DNA of 64,000 nt from Chrysomallon squamiferum (GCA_012295275.1 CM022667.1:3410001-3474000); one strand, 5' to 3'; shown: positions 29,104 to 44,486, numbered from the stretch's first letter. Program-made: numbers and translations. Notes: generated from the sequence alone by a model not told the origin.

Positions 29104-29255
29104 TTAACCCTTTTCATGCAAGTGGCAAGATATTCCGACATAGCAAACTTTTTTTTTTTTTTATATATTCAGCAGAGGTAAAAATAGGTAATTTTCCCAA
29201 AATACTGTATGCTGAAAATATGTGCTGTGAAAAAATCTGGCGCCAATGGAGTTAA
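29104..29255. mobile_element. Possible decayed TTAA-flanked (piggyBac-type) MITE
   Basis: Starts ttaa-cccttttcatgc and ends gcgccaatggag-ttaa. The inverted ends are only loosely matched. Confidence 0.25.
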
Positions 29256-30504
29256 ATCCATATTACAACAGATTAATATTTTAAACACCAAACTATAGCT
29301 AGTTACAATAATAATTTTTTTTTTTTTTTTTTTTTTTTTACATGTTCATAGACAGCCACTTAAACTTTTATTTATCTAGTATATATTCAAACTACACAGC
29401 CTGTTGATCACCAAATCAAACATTTTTCAAATAAAACGTTTTATCTAAAAAAAAAAAAAAAAAAATAAAAAAAAAAATCTTGGTGATGTAATAAATTATC
29501 TGTGGTAGGTTGGTTTGTAAAGTGGAGGTATCAGTGTGTTTTATGGCTTGTATATAATGTATTCAGTGAATGTTTGTAGACAAAGGTGTCTTAAAAGCTG
29601 TTTACACCTAAAATACCAGCTATCAAACAAAAAATAAAATAAAAGAAATAAATAAAAAAGAAATAAAAAGAAAGAGAAACCGAAAAAAAAAAAAAAAGAA
29701 ATGAAAATGCAGAATGCCATAAAGTAAGATTATATTTAATAAACAACAGGGCTTTTTATATATATATATAAATGTATTTAGAAGTTTATAAATTAAAAAA
29801 AAAAGAAAATAAAGTCTATATAACTCACAGACACACCTAAATTAAACGTAAAGTAAAAGGAATAAAAAAAAAAAAAGGTGTAGAAACTAATTTAAATAAG
29901 ATCATATAAAAACTACATAAAATATAAAGAACTAAATAATAAAAAATGAATAACAGTATTATAAAAGAACAACAACAAATAACCACTCATAATATTTTGC
30001 ATAATATATTGTAAACTATATGATGTGTCAATTCAATTATATTAAAAAAAATTTAAGCAAAAGAAAAAAAATAAGAAAGAAAAAAGAAAAAAAAAATTGT
30101 CAGGTGATATCGGAACATTTCGTTTAATATCATTATTTTTTTTCACCTGTAATTTTATAGACGAATTAGACACACAAATTACATGAACAAACAAAATCTC
30201 TCTCCCCACCCTAGTATCTCTTTACAGCCGTAAATCATTAGCAAATATGATTAAACCTGGCCATGCCGAACTTAAGTAGAAAGTAAATATTTTTATATTT
30301 TATATCTTCATGATTCTGAGCTGTTTTAATAAGCTTCGGCTGACCGTTTATTTACGAAATAGGTACAAGGTAAATCTTACCTGGGTTGGAATGTCTGGAA
30401 AGAATATTTATTACTTCGCATTTATTTGTTTTATAAAATCTGTTCAGAATTAATTAATATACAAGAGTGCGTGTTTCCTTTGCAGATGTTACTGCAGTAG
30501 TGGA

Positions 30505-30760
30505 AGTGGGTGTATTTCGTTGGTTGAGTGTTTGTCTATGAAGTGAAAGGTCAGAAGATCAATCCCACGTTCTGGAGGATTCCTGTTCTGGTCTCGGGGC
30601 TAAGGATTTGGGTTGGAGGGTCAGTCTAACTAAGAAGGCACTCAATGACCCTCTCCCCGACAGACAGAAACCCCATAATTGATTTAAATAATTTACTTTT
30701 GTCTGTTTACCTGTTTATGAAAAGGATGCATGTCGTCTTGCTATCAAAAAGAAAAACTAG
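30505..30760 (+). mobile_element. Possible decayed tRNA-derived SINE
   Basis: A-box-like cgttggttgagtg and B-box-like aggtcagaagatcaatccc. Loosely similar heads at ~39965 (+) and ~40480-40590 (-). Confidence 0.3.
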
Positions 30761-32329
30761 AAGATATAAAAATGTAAGAAAGAAAAAAGTATCCTAATAT
30801 CAAAAACATCAGCAAAGTTCTTTTCATTATATCTGTCATTCATAATATACACACACACTCACACACACGTGCTCTCATACAAACACACACAATTACACTT
30901 TACTCTCCTATAAATTATGAGCACACAATAAACATTTTTTGTCAAAAGTTATTAAAGGCATTTCTGTCACTGTATTAACAAACACATACGTTTGTAAATT
31001 ATTTATTAGTAGTAACTTATTCTGACTGTACAATATTCCCTCTTCCCTCAAAGAACAAACATTAAAGAAACAACTGATGGTAAAGTAAAACAAATTACAA
31101 ATATTCTTGTATTTTTTTCATAGACAGAACTGCATACCACAGCACTTATACAAAGGGCATTATCTGGAATGGGAAAAAAACATTTTGGATACACTGAAGA
31201 AAACTGATTCGGTTATCTACTGGAGCTCTACATTCACTGGAATAAAGGAACTGATAAACACGATTCACAAACAGAAATGCATATATAAAGACATGTGTAC
31301 TTACTCAGACATAAAAAGGTACAGTCACACAATACACTCTGATACTGATACACACACAAATTAGACCAACACACACACACACACACACACATGCAATCAC
31401 CTATCATACATACACAAAGATACACACTCACCATAGACACATATATTTTGAAACACACAAACAGAAATAAAAACATATACAAATACTTACACACAAAAAT
31501 TACACTGTTAAATCTTTGTGTGTGTAATTTATGCTATCATTTTCAAGCTGCTGCCATTTGAACTAAAGACAATTGATTTTTCAAATATATTTTTTATAAA
31601 ACATTGCATTTAATGTCTTTTTTCTTTGTCCTGAAAAAAGATAAATCATTAAAAAAACTGAACTGCAAATGAATGTGAACAAAAATCTGAACTTTATCTA
31701 TCAACGTAAAAAAAGCATTTGCTAATGAAAAATTTAAATGTAATTAAATATGCATATTAAATAATCATGTAAAATACATTTATAATAAGAATGGAAAGAG
31801 TTTAAATGGTGATATAGTTCAGTATACTAATAATTTACTAACATACCAGTATAGAGTAAAATAAACTGAGGTATATGTATATCAAAGATAATTATATATC
31901 CTGTTAACAGGTGACTTTAGGCATAAGAAAAAGGCCAAGCATGCTTGTTATGGACAACATTGTTGTTCAAATGCATTTTTTTAATTTAATTTTTATTATT
32001 ATTATATATTGTGTACTTAAAAGAAAATCATTAACTAAAGAAAACTTTTTAAAGATGTCTATAGTCAAATCTACAGTAAAATCTTCTTCATATTTCTGTC
32101 TCATAAATGTTCAGGCATGCTTTTCTTGAACATGTCTGTTGAAAGGTTTTTTTTTTTCTTAAATATCCTTTTAAAGAAACTATTAGAATCAGTGGCATCT
32201 GTGTAGACAATTTAGAAAGGTTTTTTCACAGAAAAACAGGTTAAATACACCTGTCATGGCTGCAGTCTGTGACTTTATGAATTTTTTAATATAATTATAC
32301 TGTGACTTAATCTTTTAATAAGAAAGTGT

Positions 32330-32830
32330 TTCTGCTTTAGTGAGAAACAGTTCTGTTGATATCTGAATCTATGAATGTTTACCGAGTGATTTTATAAATG
32401 TTTTAATAATAAAAATATTCTATTAACGTGAGATTTTATTTTTCAATAAAAAAAATTTTATTTTATTCTGCGACTTTAAGAATGTTTTATTGAGAAAAGT
32501 ATCTTTGCATGTTTTAGAAAGAGAAAAAATTATATTAATAGGTGAATGTTTTATGAGAAATGTTCTGTTAATGTGACTTTATAGTTTTAACGAGAGAAAT
32601 GTTCTATTAAGATAACTTTATAAATGTTTTAAAAGAGAAATCTTCCATTGACATAACTTTATAAATGCTTTAACAATAAATGTTCTATTAACATGACTTA
32701 AGAGAAATGCTCTATTAACTTAGTGTTATGAATATCTTAACAATAAAGTTTCGATTATCATGACTTTATGAATGTTTTAAGAGAAATGCTCTATTAACTT
32801 AGTGTTATGAATGTTTTAATAAGAGAAATA
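32330..32830. repeat. Degenerate ~40-bp tandem repeat (gagaaatgttctattaacatgactttataaatgttttaa)
   Basis: Recurring motif seen about ten times. Confidence 0.8.
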
Positions 32831-33183
32831 AAATTAACATTTTCCATTAATCGTTTAAAGAAATGGATAAAATCATTACTACATGCAGAGGCAGGATTTG
32901 GCACAGCTGTATTTAAAAAGCTGTTCATGCATTTACGTCATCTGCAACCTTTATTTCTGTGACCTAAAATTTTGTTTTTATTATTATTTTTCTTTTTTTA
33001 ATATTCATGGTAATATAATCAAAGAGAGAACTTTAATTAAATTAAAAGAAAAACAAGTGTTAAATTTGAGAAGCCTGACAGCATGCGAGTAAACCTATCC
33101 TCAGCACAGCCTCATAAACAGCGTAACAACAATAAACTGATACAGGTAATTAATAGCAACTACAACAACTACTTCAAGTAACA

Positions 33184-33219
<36 letters not shown>

Positions 33220-33441
33220 AAGGTGTAATTACAAATCAGTGGCATTCACAAAGACTCTGCCAGCTCACCTGAAAGATTTTGCATGTCTTTCGCGGACATT
33301 AAAACCTAATACTGTTGATGTCTTAACTAGTGTAATTTTGAAAAAGTTCAGCACCCGGTCATTTGGTTATGTTTACCTATTCTTGAGAAAACAAATTGGG
33401 CCAAATTATTTTTATTTTAACACATATAAATAATAATAATA

Positions 33442-33475
<34 letters not shown>

Positions 33476-34006
33476 GTGCACTTATCAACTTCAAGCTATC
33501 TTTGATTCTGAAAAAGGCTGGTTCACAACTTTTATTCTTTTTTTTGTATATTAGATATTGTAATTATATATTACACTACTCTACACTACATTACACTGTA
33601 ATATATACATTACAATTGTATTGCTGTATAAGATGTGACATGATGATAAAAGGTTAAACAATTACATCCAACATGCAATGACAGGGACATTTAATTTCAT
33701 GACATTGTGAGAATTTATTACTAGTTAATACTAGTAGCCATCTTTCTATATTCCATCAATTTCTTATGTTTTTATTCTTCTTCTTCTTCTTCTTGTTTTA
33801 TCATTAGTATTATTATCTTATAAAAATCATAAAGTTTACAGTCATTGCAATGGTTTAATTCAAATGTATACTTTAAAAATACAAATAATTCAATTAAATA
33901 TTTAAATTCCCTACTTCTAAAAGGTACAAATAACCCATCCACATTTGATTTTATACCCTTATTTGTGAATGTATACATACATATTAAATATAATAATAAT
34001 AATATA

Positions 34007-34044
<38 letters not shown>

Positions 34045-36309
34045 CAACAACAACAACAACCCTATAAGGATAGGAACACAAATCACATATTTAACCTTAT
34101 TTTCATTATCATTACTATTATTATTATTATTATTATTATAATTATAAAAAAATAAACAATTAATTCAGTTTCATGTTAAAAATACCACATGAAGCATCGT
34201 TAATCAAAAATTCATATTTTTATAACAGGATTGACATGTCAAAGTTCAGTCAGGCAGAAACTCATCTCAAGCAGGTGGCAACAGGTGGTTCCAGAAAAAA
34301 AAAAAAAAAAAAAAAAAAAAAACCAGGGATTGTGATTCGATAAATATTTATAATGCAAAACTGAGATGTGGAGGTTTGTGGAAAATGATGACTGAACACA
34401 TTTAACAGCGGTGAAAACAATGCAGACATTTTGAACTGATGATCTGCAGGTGTTTTGATACGGTTTAGTTATGGTCTCTGGTCATGTTTTTCAGTCACAA
34501 ATTGACACAGTAAACTGGAATCTGGTAGTACTGCAAGGTCATGAGTCATGTATATAGACTAATTAGAGCTGATCTGATACAAGTCAGACAATAAAATAGT
34601 AACAGTGTAGTTGTTATAATAATAATAATAATAATGGTATACATCTCAATATATTATGCAGCATTAATGACAAGAGCAACCACAAATATATAATTTATAA
34701 GTGAGTAAAAAAATAAAATAAATGAAACTGTTTAATATGTGGGGCTGTACTCTCTGTATTATGCAACACGTGGACAATAACAACGTCTAAGCAGCAAATT
34801 ATTTTAACAGTTCATAAATCTCACTTATCAATTAATGGTAATCGGAACCTCTGTAACAACAGAAGGAAAAAAAAAAAAAAAAATCCTTTAAAATTAATAA
34901 GATCTACCGAAACGTAAGAAATAATCAATTTCATGAATTATTATTACGCAGCTGTGTCATTATCTCCTCCAAAGCCCACTGGGAAAATTTCAAATCGCTA
35001 AAAAACAAGCGTTTAGAGTTACGTGCCCTTTGATTCCGACGTAACGCCGGTATACGAGATCTCTGTTTGGCTATATCGTCATTTCAATTCACGAGCATAT
35101 TTGAAGATTGAGTTTCTTTGCTACGTTGTTAACAGACGTGTTATTTGAGTTAAAAAAGCACATTCTGTTGCCAAGAAACATTTTGAAATTACACATGTAA
35201 GATAATGACGATGGAGACAGAAACAACCTTCTCTTGTTTTGTTCTAGTCCTATTACTAAATAGGTTAATTAGACAAATAGGTTTGGGAGACTGATGAGGG
35301 GAAAAGAAAAACCAGGCAGTCAAATACAAATATATACGACTAAAACAAAATTAATACCTTGTTAATGCAATTACATATCAAATCCTAGATCAGAATAAAC
35401 CAGTCAAAAGGTCAGCTGCTCTATTTTCGGATAGCGAATTTAAAACCAGGCATTAGTTTAATTCTCAGTTTTATTCATCAGTTTGGAATTAAACTGGCAA
35501 ATCTGAGATTTATTTAAAACAAATAATAGACAAATTAAACATTGTTCATTATTTTTGGCTAATGCCTCATCAATTTTGACAACTTTCAATGGCTACTCTA
35601 TCTAATTTTGACTCCATGTTCTTCCGAAAAATCTCATAAATTCACTGACCATATAAAGACACATATTTCATTACTATATATATAAATACATATTTTTGGG
35701 TCTTTGATGACAATTTTCAACTCCATGAGGTAGCATGTTTGGTCTGCCATATTTGCATAATCATTGCAGACTTTATGTGAGGAACTCAGTATTATATTTA
35801 CTGGATATCCCCTTATTTACAATCTTTTAGACTAAAATAATTTGAAGCTGGCATCCATAATACTGAGTTCATATAAATGAACAAATGTAACATACAATAA
35901 TGGTCATTTTTTTAAGATATATATATATATATATATATTTTTTTTTTTTTTGTTATCTGATTTTGGCCCAATTCAGTATGATTGAATGTTTTTATTTGTC
36001 TTCAGATACATCTTCTGAGCTTTACTTATAACTTAAAATTATTTATTTGCTACTTTTATAAAGAAAGAAAGCCTACAAATGACAATTTATGTGTGTGTGT
36101 GTGTGTGTGCGCATGCATGTGAATAAGTAACCAACGTATTTGTATGTGCATGTTTGTGTATGTATGTATGTATGTATGTATATGTGCATGTGTGTATGTG
36201 TATGTATATATATGCATGTGCCCAAGTGTGTATTTGTGCATGTGTATGTGTGTATGTGCATTTGTGTATCATAAATCTGTGTATGTGCATTTGTGTATAT
36301 GTATATATA

Positions 36310-36372
<63 letters not shown>

Positions 36373-38199
36373 GCAATCAGAATTTTTCCATCTTTACTAT
36401 CTGGTTTCATACTGTTTCTAAAATTTTAAGTTTAATAGTAACAATAGGCTACATGCTGTAAAGACAATTTTTAATTTTTTTTAGTATTGTAGATATTACC
36501 AGCTATAAAATGTAGTTTTATTTTAATGATTAAACTTCTTTCTTTTTTTTTAGTCTTTTTTTTTATTTATTTATTATTATTATTATTTGAAAGAAAAAAA
36601 AAAGAAACACCCAGTAAATTTAATAAGTAATAAAATATGAATAAACAATAAAAAAAATAAAAGAACTGGAATAATAAATACATTTATCATGGATAATGAC
36701 AGTTCACAGAATTACATTTCACTTAACAAATGCGGTGACAGTTCAATTTAAAAATCAAAAGAATGTGTAAACCTATGGATTTATGAAATTCATTTTCAAT
36801 AATGTTCTACAAAATTTTGTTTTCCTAATTAAAAATTAAAATGTCTCAACAATGGAATAATAAAGAAATCTTTTTAAAATTGAGTCACTTGCAAATAATG
36901 GTTAGATGTAAAAAAAATCTTTAACATGAATTTAAAACAAAACACCATTTATATCTGTCAACAATCAAAGTAATACAGCGATAAAAAGACTAGATTCATT
37001 TAACTACAAGGTCACGAGTAAAGATTTTTGTTCCAATTAAGACAAGCTGTGGTAACTTGTCATAAAAATCTGTCATTATAAAATAGATTACTTACAGTGT
37101 ATCATACACAATGTTGGTCTAGAATTCAACTAGATTTAAATGCAAAATAAATCTTATTAATTCCTTAAAAAGCTTTTCTTGTTAGGCTATCAAATCACGA
37201 GAGCTAATCTAAACAGTCCTAAAATTTGTTAATGTTTTATTTTATTTTTTTTTATCAATTGGTTTTACTTAATAAAAATATACAATACAAATAAATTATG
37301 AAATATTATCCAGACAAAATTTAATTAATTCATATTCGATTGAATATGCACTAAAACAAAAATATAAAATTTACAAAAATTTTAAAAATTCACTTTTCTA
37401 ATTAGGGATCAATATTTCATTATTTGATTAATGACCTTCAGAGATACACTTAATATAAACAGTTTTAAAACACAAGTCTTTCTGTGAACTATATTATTAC
37501 AAAAATAAAAATAATTGTGTTTCTATCAGCTAAGAGTTACCAATATAGAATGACAATAGATATATGACTGAAAAATAATTATACAGTTTTGTGGTAGACT
37601 AATTGTGCTGTTCTTTGATTACAAACATTACATGTCTCACAAACTTATTTACTGTATGATGAACTTTTTCATCATGTATGTGACACCATAAGAGGTAATT
37701 TACTAAATAGTAAAACTACTAAATCACAGTAAATGGGTGTGTATGTATAATAGCAAAGATATAAGAGTGAATTTGAAACTGAAAAACAAACTAATATTAA
37801 ATAATATTATTATTAGTGATACTTACTTACTCAAGTTACTGTTAGACTTAAAAGTTACAGAATGTATTATGTAGGCTACTGTATTATTTATCATGTGTAT
37901 AGATTGTAGAAGCAGAAATCTTTTTTGTATATATATCTTATAAAGTCGTATATATTATGATTATGACTTTCCCTTTGTTAGTAATGTTACAGTGTCAGTC
38001 TGTATGATGTATCAGTGTCACTGTACTATGAATGATGCATCACTATCACTGTATCAGTATCAGTATCAGTGCTGAGTGAATAATTGTTCATACTTTTCCA
38101 GAAAACCACTATTGTCATTAGCAATTGACATATTTAAAACAGAGATACATTTATCTGCGAACTAAAAATACAGTAGTTTGCATACATGAAGCAGACGGA

Positions 38200-38560
38200 A
38201 ATAGAACATTTGAGTAAAATTCAATCTTACCGGCGACTCTCCTATTTACTCAAGTGCGCTGCCATTTTTTTCCCACAATTCCACTTCCTATTATAGCTGT
38301 GAAACCAAAGCATGCGCAACCCATTCTTCTAATTAATTTTTGAATAATTAATTAGCACAATATAATATCATTTCGCGACTACTGTTACTTACAGTTGTTC
38401 CTTTTTTGTCATTTGTCTGTGCCATTTTCATGAAGTGTCAAAAACAAGAAAGAGACTGAATATCGCAGTGTTTACATTTGTGCAATCGGCGGCAAAGATG
38501 AATCGCCAGACAGCGTGATACAGTAAGAGGCAAGTTTATTATTTTTTCTTTCGCTTTTCT
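38200..38560. promoter_or_regulatory. Candidate bidirectional promoter with divergent short first exons
   Basis: CpG-containing patch in very AT-rich surroundings. Minus strand: aaaatggcagcg (YY1-like) then CCG|GTAAGA donor at 38230. ETS-like ccacttcct 38281-38289, partial NRF1-like gcatgcgca 38310-38318, tttcgcga 38371-38378. Plus strand: ggcggcaaagatg then CA|GTAAGA (38523) or GAG|GCAAGT (38530). Confidence 0.5.
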
Positions 38561-38896
38561 CAGCTGGCTTTACTTCAGTTGTGACTTCTAATTATTGCAA
38601 GTAATTAGTCGCCATGATACACCCAGGAGCTTAATAAGCGATTCGTACCGTACATTTATTATAGTATATTTCTATTTTATACATGTTGTATATAATTAGA
38701 TTTAAGTTTTTAACATTTTATGACGTCTACGGTGATTTTCGTTTCTTTTCGTTTTTCTTTGATCTTTCTTTGATGTTTTTCAGTAAATGTAAATTGGGGA
38801 AAAAAAAAAAATCTAACGTAAGTCCAACTAAAATAATAAATTAAGAAAAAATAATGATAAAAAAAATAAATAAATAAAAATAATAATAAATTAATA

Positions 38897-38959
<63 letters not shown>

Positions 38960-39625
38960 AAAATAACAGAAAGAAAAATGGAAATACCCACCCATTCCTC
39001 CCCCCAAAAAAAGAAAACTGCTACTGTTACTACGACTAATAATAATAATAAAGAAATCAAGAAGAATTAAATACAAATAATAAATAATTTGTACAACATT
39101 CAGAGTAAGAAATTCATTAATTAATTAATAACATTAATGTCACTAATTATTACAAAAATTAATTAATCATTTATAATTTAAAAAAACAAAAACAACGTTT
39201 ATAATTTAAAAAAAAAAAAAAATAAAAATAAAATAAAGTAACAACAAACCAATCAAATTAAAGATTAATAATGAAGTAAAATAATTAATTATATATATAT
39301 TTGTAAGTTCAGTTTTAGCATATTACATTGGTTGGCATTATAACGATGGAACTTTCACTGAATGAATGGAAATGTTTTATTTGTAAAAAGATGGTCACCT
39401 ACCAGTACAAAATGGACAAAGTACAAAATATTTTGGAATGAAAATGATTATTCAAACAGTTGTTACAGTTGGAAAATAATAATTTTTTTTAATTTTCTTG
39501 TATTTTATTATTTTTTAAATTGTAATTATTAAATCAAACTAAATATATAAATAAAACTTAAAAATTTATAAATGTTTAAATAATAAATAAAACATTTTTT
39601 AATTATTATTATTTTTGCTGTTGCA

Positions 39626-39673
<48 letters not shown>

Positions 39674-40589
39674 TCTTAAATTTATGTCACATGAATTTTC
39701 ATAATATTTCTAACCCCAAATATTTATGTCTGTTATTTTATTTTATTTTTTTAGTTACTCCAGTTTACTTATTTTTATTTCTGTGGGGGGGGTAATTATT
39801 ATTATTATTATATATTTTTTTCTCCACATCACAAACTGTTATTAAAAATATTAAATTATGCAACAAAGCAGTATCTTCAGTGTCACAGTGTTGTATATAA
39901 ACAGAAAGTTTTAAATCATTAATATTCTGCTTCTTCTTCTTCAAACTCTTTAACTGCCTTGTGAACTTGTGGTTAGAGTGTTGGTGTGAAATTAAGCACC
40001 ATGATCCAGCTGTTATTTTTTATCTGTTCCAACCACTCTGTCATAGTTGATTATTAAAATCCACAGGAAAATTATTTATCAGTAATAGTAGCTGATGGCA
40101 GAATTAGACACACACACACACACACACACACAGACACACACAGACACACACACACACACACTTGTTGAGGCAGCGAGTAATACAGTGAAAAAAGGAAGTT
40201 TGTTGTATGTGTGTTTGTATTGGTAATTTCTGTGTGTGTGTGTGTGTGTGTGCGGGCATGTGCGGGCGTGTGTGTGTGTGTGTGTGTGTGTGAATTGCAT
40301 AATTTCCAGCAAAATGCCTGAAATAAAATGCCGTTCTTCATTCTTTGATCTTGGAATCTAAATTCATTTCAGGAAATCTATTTTTATTTATAAAACATTT
40401 ATTTAAATACTTGTAAACAAATATTTATTTCTCCATGCATACCAAACCATCTACTGTAAGATTAAACAAATTTTGGTAAAACATTTATTGGGTAGTGTCC
40501 GGAACAGGAAACAACGTGATGATAATGCTGAGAAGTACTGATCCTATGACCATTCATGGTCTTAAGTTAAAATCTCTAAATATCTAAAT

Positions 40590-40640
<51 letters not shown>

Positions 40641-41322
40641 GTGTGAGATATATATGTGTACACAAATTCTGTTATAACATTATATAATGTTATATATTAT
40701 GTCTACTAATAGGACGACAATAGGGAAAGCAAAGGTCTAAATAGTTAAGGCAGTAATTAAAAATATTCAAGATGTTAAATGAGATAATAAAAATGTAATT
40801 ATTATTGTTAGTAAAATAGAAAATATATAAAGAGGAAAAAGAAATTTTTCAATCAAGCTTTTTAATGTACCGAAGAAAAACAAATGTGTTAATTGCTTTC
40901 TTTCGTATAAATTAATTATTTTTAAACACTTGCACTTTGCTCATTGTTAGAAGTCATTACTGCACAGCAAACGTTAATTAAAGGTGTTTGTCGGATTGTC
41001 GTGACCTTTTTACAGGTGTTTTGATGAGTTTGAAGTGTGTTTGGTGTAGACAGGGTCAGTGTGTAATGATTTGTTAATTAGAGACACAGAAACAAAGGTT
41101 GAAAGTAGTAAAATCTACAATGATGTGTCTGTCTTTACAAAAAAAATAAAAAAAATAAAAGTATTTGTATCTCACTTTATTTTTTAAATTTTATTTCTTT
41201 TATTAAATGATATTTTTAAATTATAATTTTTTTTATTGATTCCTATAATTATAAAATAGTATGTTTAAAACTGAGAAGTATTAATAAGTATTTTTAGAAC
41301 TAAATAATAGAAATAATATAAT

Positions 41323-41375
<53 letters not shown>

Positions 41376-42434
41376 GATAATAATAATAATCTTTAAAAAA
41401 CGACAATGAAGAACATTAAAACATTAAAACTCTCATAATCCTGTCTGTCAGTGAATACCATACCATTTAAAAAAAAAAAAAAAAAAAAAAAAAATCAAAC
41501 TTAATAAATATTCTTAAAACGAAACGTAAACATACTTCATAGTCAACATGAGTTTCTCAAAACAAAAATGTTTTAATTTTTTTTTTAATTATTATTAATT
41601 ATTTGGATGATATTGTTAGCAGAATTGAAATTTAAATATCATCTTTGCTTACAACAATGGATGGAAGCATTTTACGCAATCACAATGTTTTTTTGAAATT
41701 ACGGATCATTATTCTTACATAATGGGGGAGCTCGACTGACTGATATAATTTACAGATTATACGTACGTGTCTGTTTTGTTTTCATTAATATTCTGAAATG
41801 GTTAGCTGCGGTACTCACACCAATACAGATAAATCGGTAAAACAGATTCAATGGGAACAAAGGCATCTGACATAACTAAATATATGCATCAGATTAATGA
41901 TTGGAGATAACATTTTTTTTCGTTAATAAGAATATTGCACCAGCGTCACATCGCCATAAATGTGATTTAATTACTTTATTCGTGTATCAGCTGGTTTAAT
42001 TATTAATTGTCTGTTGCCATAGAAAACTATGGCGTTTTACTATTCTGATTTTTGTTCGGTACTTTTTTTTTTTCTAATTTAAAAAAAAAAATATATATAA
42101 TATATATATTTTTAATTTCTTTTATATAATAATAATAGTAATAATAATAATAATAATAAAAATAATAATAGAAGTAGCATTAATAGTAGTAATAATAATA
42201 ATTAATAACAGTAATACCTATAAATGATAATAGTGACAATAATGGATAACTGTGATGATAATGAGGTTGGTGGTAGATTGAATTTGTCTCAGGAAATTAT
42301 TAACAGTGTCTGGTTTGAAATCTGACTGCACCTTTCATTTTCTTGTAATACTGAGAATGTCCTAATGTTAGTTAATACCCTATCCATCTTCTTCAGTTAT
42401 AATTTCAGCTTAAAGTTTATACCCTTCAGTTGTT

Positions 42435-42475
<41 letters not shown>

Positions 42476-42760
42476 TTAGATAGAATACTTCGTTCTGTAA
42501 ACTCATGTATTTTTTATTGTATTTTTTATGTGTATTTGATTAATTTTGGTTCTTATAGATGTCTGCAGTTAATTTTTTGGTCTGCCATTTTGTTTTTTTT
42601 TCAAATTGTCTAACTTGGCCGACAAAACACTCAACATGTATTTTTAACATATATTTTTTAAAACGATTTGTTTAGATAACTCTAATTAATTTCAGAATAA
42701 AATGTGGAACATTTTTTTATATTTTTTTTTATTTTTTATTTTTTATATAATAATATAAAC

Positions 42761-42869
42761 TCACTGCTATAATTATTGGCTTAATAAAAATTAACAAATC
42801 TTTACATAAAGTTCATAAACAAAATGTCTGTGATATATGTTGATAATTCATGCACAGATGCATACATAA

Positions 42870-42910
<41 letters not shown>

Positions 42911-43065
42911 CACAAAAGTATATATTCATGATGTGTGTTTTTGTTTAAAACTGTAATGCAACATCAAGTCACTGCTGTTATATTAGCTTAATATAAATTA
43001 AATCTTTACACAGTTAATGAATGAAACAGCCATGATATATGGTGATGATCCAAGGCATATATATT

Positions 43066-43099
<34 letters not shown>

Positions 43100-43260
43100 T
43101 ATACACATTTATATTTATAATGCGTGTGAGTGTTTGTTTAAAATTGTAATGTGAAATGAAGTCACCATAATTATTGGCCTAATGAAAAAAAAATTAACAA
43201 ATCTTTTCGCAGTTAATGAACAAAAACATCCAGGTAAGCTGGTGATCCGTGAATATATAT
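42761..43260. repeat. ~200-bp tandem repeat, about 2.5 copies, each with an (AT)n tract
   Basis: Units begin tcac... at 42761, 42969 and 43162 and share ttggcttaat..aattaacaaatcttt..agttaatgaa. Confidence 0.75.
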
Positions 43261-43512
43261 TGGAACATTAGCACTTGTCGCGTAGCTGCTGTGTCAGCTG
43301 TCTGGCATTCATTCCTCGGGATCGCTGTTACTTTTGTAATCACTCGTTCATGCATTGGTGCATAGAGCAATGTCTTTACATTGTCATCTAGCCATTGTCA
43401 GTGGGAATTCTCGTTTCACAGAAAAGTGTTGTCTTTTTTGTTTTTTTAAAAACACTGATATGTAATTGTCTGTTCGGTGAGACATGTTGACAGTGTATCA
43501 TCAGTGTTAATA

Positions 43513-44253
43513 AGCTGTACAAATAAGCTGTATAAATAACTGTACAAACAACTGTATAAATAACTGTACAAATAACTGTATAAACAACTGTATAAACAAC
43601 TGTACAAATAACTGTATAAACAACTGTACAAATAACTGTACAAACAACTGTATAAATAACTATAAATAACTATAAATAACTGTACAAACAACTGTACAAA
43701 TAACTGTACAAACAACTGTATAAGTAACTGTATAAATAACTGTATAAATAACTGTACAAACAACTATACAAATAACTGTACAAATAACTGTACAAACAAC
43801 TGTATAAATAACTATATAAGTTACTGTACAAATAACTGTACAAACAACTGTATAAATAACTATATAAGTTACTGTATAAATAACTGTACAAACAACTGTA
43901 TAAGTTACTGTATAAATAACTGTACAAACAACTGTATAAATAACTGTATAAATAACTGTACAAACAACTGTATAAATAACTGTATAAATAACTGTATAAA
44001 CAACTGTATAAGTTACTGTATAAATAACTGTACAAATAACTGTATAAATATCTATAAATAACTGTACAAATAACTACAAATAACTATAAATAACAGTACA
44101 AATAACTGCAAACAACTGTACAAATAACTATACGAATAACTGTAGAATTAACTATAAATAACTGTAAATAACTCTATAAATAACTGTAAATAACTCTATA
44201 GATAACTGTAAATAACTCTATAAATAACTATAAATAACTGTACAAAGAACTGT
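43513..44253. repeat. 12-bp minisatellite (aaa[t/c]aactgta[c/t]), ~60 copies
   Basis: Seen directly. Explains the YSYL/CLYS ORFs. Confidence 0.95.
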
Positions 44254-44486
44254 ATGATATTAAAAAAAACAAAAAAAACCAGCAATATGTTCATACTGAA
44301 GATGATTACCAGTTCTTTAAATAAGATAAATGAACACAGTAATAATAAGTTAAATATCTATATCTTTATTTATATCTGTCTGTCTATCTCTCAATCTATC
44401 TGTATCTATGTCTTTATTTATATCTATCTGTATGTTTATATATGTCTGTCTATCTACTATATGTGTTTTTGAGTATGTGTGAGTGA

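Noticed and set aside
43446-44035. YSYL/FVQL repetitive ORFs
   Set aside because: Translations of the 12-bp minisatellite.
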